A stretch of DNA of 64,000 nucleotides from Nitrospirota bacterium (GTDB lineage: Bacteria > Nitrospirota > Nitrospiria > Nitrospirales > Nitrospiraceae): positions 1,472,001-1,536,000 of the forward strand of contig CAVPBK010000006.1 in NCBI GenBank assembly GCA_963701855.1. The letters are read 5' to 3'. The notes beneath the pieces were generated by a model. The model did no database searches and was not told where the DNA came from. It saw nothing but the letters and a program-made list of their open reading frames with translations. Below, piece by piece: positions 61,246 to 64,000 of this stretch. A program made the position numbers and the translations under genes. Within the stretch, counting starts at the first letter, position 1, and each line of letters begins with the position of its first letter.

Positions 61246-62832
61246 TTAGAATCGCCAATAGAGCGACAGTTGTACCCGGCGGTTTTCGGCGTGCGCTCCA
61301 TCCGCATAGCTGGTGCGCGTAAAATTTGTCTCCAACCCCAGCCGAATTTCCTGAGTGAAATCGTGATAGAGATACCCATAGTACGTGGATTCGCGGTCAT
61401 AAATACTGCTCAACGTGCGCGTCGCTCCGCCACAGGCCGCCCCACTGACCGTGCAGGTCATCTGATTGGCGTTAGAGGAGTAGACCGTCCCATACCCTCC
61501 GCCGATCCAGGTCTTGCCGTCATTGGGCAGATAATAAGTGCTGTGCACCATCATCGATGTGGTTCGAATGGCTTCGAACGTGCCGGTTCGACTGCTCACG
61601 GCTGCCAAACCATTATCGATATTGGTTTGGCCAAAGGCAGGCCCGCCAAATCCACTGTTCGTAGGGGAAAATCCACAGGCAGGGTCGCACACCCCCCAGC
61701 TGAGCCCGTTAAAGAAGTCCGCAATCCCTGCTCCGGTGACGCCTTCCATGACCACATGGGCCGTATGTCCGATCTCCCCATTCTTTGACGGGAGGACTGG
61801 GAGAAAGAGACTTGAGGACACCCCCCATCCGGTTACATAGGTCTGACTACTCAGATTCGGTTGTCCGCCAGATGCATTGGTCGGCCCTCCCGAATTGGCT
61901 TCGAGCCGTCGACCGACCCCGCTGACTTGTAGGCTCAATGATCTAAGCGACGTGTCGGCGGCCTGGGCTCCGGTATAGGGCGCTTTCAGGCTGCTATGGG
62001 CCAGTTGAATTCCCGCCACAAACGAAGGCAGAGAGGCATCGGCTTGTGGCGGCCGCTCCACGGAGAAGACGGGAGTCAGGGATAGGCTATTGGTCAATTG
62101 AAGCTGCTTGGACAGACTGGCCAGGAGCCACCGATTAAACATATTCGCCGGAGTCACCCCCGTCGATACTTGCCCTCTCGCATATTGAGACATGAATCCA
62201 AACCACGACCAATCCTGCCCGACCTTGACGTCAACAACGGGGGTCTCGACCCGGAAGAATAGCTGATAGATCCGCAGGTCTGCATTGCTGAACGTCGAGA
62301 ACTCCGTCATGCCGGATTGGCCAATCGTCGGCTGGTTCCCCAGAAAATCCATGGCAAAAATCAGACGGCTCTTGATGTCGCGCCGCTCGGGGGCTCGCAC
62401 ATCAAGGCTGATCCGGCTGTACCGTGGGCTCATAAAGAACTGTCCATTGGCCCCTCCGACCCTGTTGGTCTGCAAGACGGGACGATTGCCGACTTGTTCC
62501 TGAAAGGATCGCGTAGAGTCGTCAATGAAATCGAATTCAGCGAAACCTCCCAGCTTGAATTGCAGCCCATTCTTCGTAAGCGCGTTGGCCTTCTTCACTC
62601 GTTCTTCCTCTTCAGCCTTCGCACGGTCCTCCTCTTCAACCGCTTGATCATATTCCTGTTGTGTGATGATGCCTTTGTTTAACAGAAGCTGTAGCGTGCG
62701 ATGTTCATCTCCTCGTGCAGGACTCGGGCTGGCGAACAGGAATATGGCGATCAAGACAATCAGTCCTACAACAATTTCGCCTCGAACGATTCCCCCAAGC
62801 CCATCGTCGTATTCATTCACTCTCTTTCCCAT
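61246..62832 (-). CDS. Outer-membrane porin-like protein
   Basis: Signal peptide, LLNKGIITQQEY, amphipathic strands, C-terminal Phe. Confidence 0.75.
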   Translation of the reverse strand: MGKRVNEYDDGLGGIVRGEIVVGLIVLIAIFLFASPSPARGDEHRTLQLLLNKGIITQQEYDQAVEEEDRAKAEEEERVKKANALTKNGLQFKLGGFAEFDFIDDSTRSFQEQVGNRPVLQTNRVGGANGQFFMSPRYSRISLDVRAPERRDIKSRLIFAMDFLGNQPTIGQSGMTEFSTFSNADLRIYQLFFRVETPVVDVKVGQDWSWFGFMSQYARGQVSTGVTPANMFNRWLLASLSKQLQLTNSLSLTPVFSVERPPQADASLPSFVAGIQLAHSSLKAPYTGAQAADTSLRSLSLQVSGVGRRLEANSGGPTNASGGQPNLSSQTYVTGWGVSSSLFLPVLPSKNGEIGHTAHVVMEGVTGAGIADFFNGLSWGVCDPACGFSPTNSGFGGPAFGQTNIDNGLAAVSSRTGTFEAIRTTSMMVHSTYYLPNDGKTWIGGGYGTVYSSNANQMTCTVSGAACGGATRTLSSIYDRESTYYGYLYHDFTQEIRLGLETNFTRTSYADGAHAENRRVQLSLYWRF

Positions 62833-62860
62833 GCCGAGCTCGTTGTCCTTACCATTGACG

Positions 62861-63472
62861 CTACAATCGTGTGCTCTCATGACGGACACAGGCGCCCGTG
62901 TTGTCCAACGCATACACAATGAACCCCCCGGTGGGGATGTTGAGATGCACGATTTGGAGGGGGGACAGCTGGTCAAGGTGCCTGACCAACGACCGGAGCC
63001 TATTGCTATGCGCAACCAGAAGCACTGTCTCGCCTTGGTCACAAACTAGGCGTGATCCGCGCCGCATAGTACAGTAGGACGTGCGCCACTGTATCCTGTA
63101 GGCTGGCGCTTTCTGGCGAGTGCTCCTCATCCCTCTGCTGCCACCCCCCACCTGCTGCGCTCCAGGCTTCGTGATCGTCATGGCGTTATTCCACCTTGGA
63201 GGATCGCCAGCCCTCCGTTCGTTCAGTGCCTGATTCTCCTCGATAGGAATCTTCTCTTGGCCGATGGCGGCTAACACAATCCTCAGCGTATCAGTTGCTC
63301 TGACGAGCCTGGACGTCAAGGCCTGATCGAATCGGTAGCCGGTCAGCTGTTTCGCTGCCGCGACCGCTTCTTCTTGGCCTTGTATCGAAAGCGGCACGTC
63401 GATCCATCGGGTGAAGCAATTGTCAAGATTCCATTCTGACTCGCCATGTCGCAGCAACATGAGGTATCCCAT
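62861..63472 (-). pseudogene. gpmA: Cofactor-dependent phosphoglycerate mutase, decayed
   Basis: LLRHGESEWN, DVPLS, ALNER, VAHSN, LNIPTG; central segment reads in another frame. Confidence 0.78.
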
Positions 63473-63786
63473 GTTCGACTCCTCGGACTGGGATATTCCT
63501 CGGCCTCAGGGAGATTGTTCGATTCCACGAGTTCTCTTTGGACTACTTCCGCGCACGAAGATACGTAAGCGGGTTCATAGTTGTGGCCTCCGGCCAGAAC
63601 GCAAGTTCAAGCATACGTCTCTTTGTCATCTCGTCACTCCACGACCAAGACCGAACAGGAAACGAACCGCGCCACATTTTGCGAGGTTCCACCCCTGATG
63701 CCCCCAGGAATAAGCAGCCGGCTCTACTCGGCAGCGATGCATTCCCATTGGACAGTGTCACATCCACGTCCCGCTTGCCCGCCTAT

Positions 63787-63906
63787 TCATTGACCATATT
63801 GGTCAATGTTCATTTTGCCTTCAGCCCCTGGTGTCGGATCCGATAGAGCGAGACCCAGCACGAAGCCGCAAAACATGATGCAGACGATTTTGAATACCGG
63901 GATCAT
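63787..63906 (-). pseudogene. Fragment of the secreted OB-fold-like family (paralog D)
   Basis: CTAACCGAGGAGG RBS context; MIPVFKIVCIMFCGFVLGLALS; early stop. Confidence 0.5.
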
Positions 63907-64000
63907 GAGAGCCTCCTCGGTTAGGTGGGAAAACACCCAAAGAGGAGATGACATGTACTCCGCCGACACAGACAACGAGGGTCTGACGTCGTCACGCCTC

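Overview
Bacterial chromosomal window, most likely from a Nitrospira (inferred from protein families and repeat types, not confirmed by search). Positions 1-18.2 kb are mostly core genome: gcvP 3' end, PBP1A, an intact IS256 with 9-bp target duplication, typA, peroxiredoxin/thioredoxin, a rubrerythrin-FeS oxidoreductase-DUF3501 cluster, queD-like, rmlC, HU, tRNA-Arg(CCG) and tRNA-Lys(CTT). From 18.2 kb on is an accessory region of tandem, decayed integrative elements at tRNA-Lys: tRNA 3' copies at ~19.4, 36.0, 45.9 and 52.0 kb, a second tRNA remnant at 29.0 kb, and only fragments of integrase/excisionase. The elements share a recurring backbone (NPY/NPF-repeat secreted protein gene, small putative ssDNA-binding gene with a long leader, terminator, thermonuclease). 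Cargo includes defence/TA genes (HigBA, DUF3883 nuclease, Fic, a PD-(D/E)xK-like ORF), signalling genes (KaiC, CheB-Crp fusion, REC-GGDEF-EAL, PilZ, NtrC-type) and a fluoride-riboswitch antiporter. The best candidate for an undescribed system is two divergent three-gene operons that each begin with a TIGR04255-family gene, continue with a translationally coupled antitoxin-like gene carrying an N-terminal extension, and end in a different RNase-type toxin (HEPN or HicA-like). All family assignments come from motif recognition by eye.
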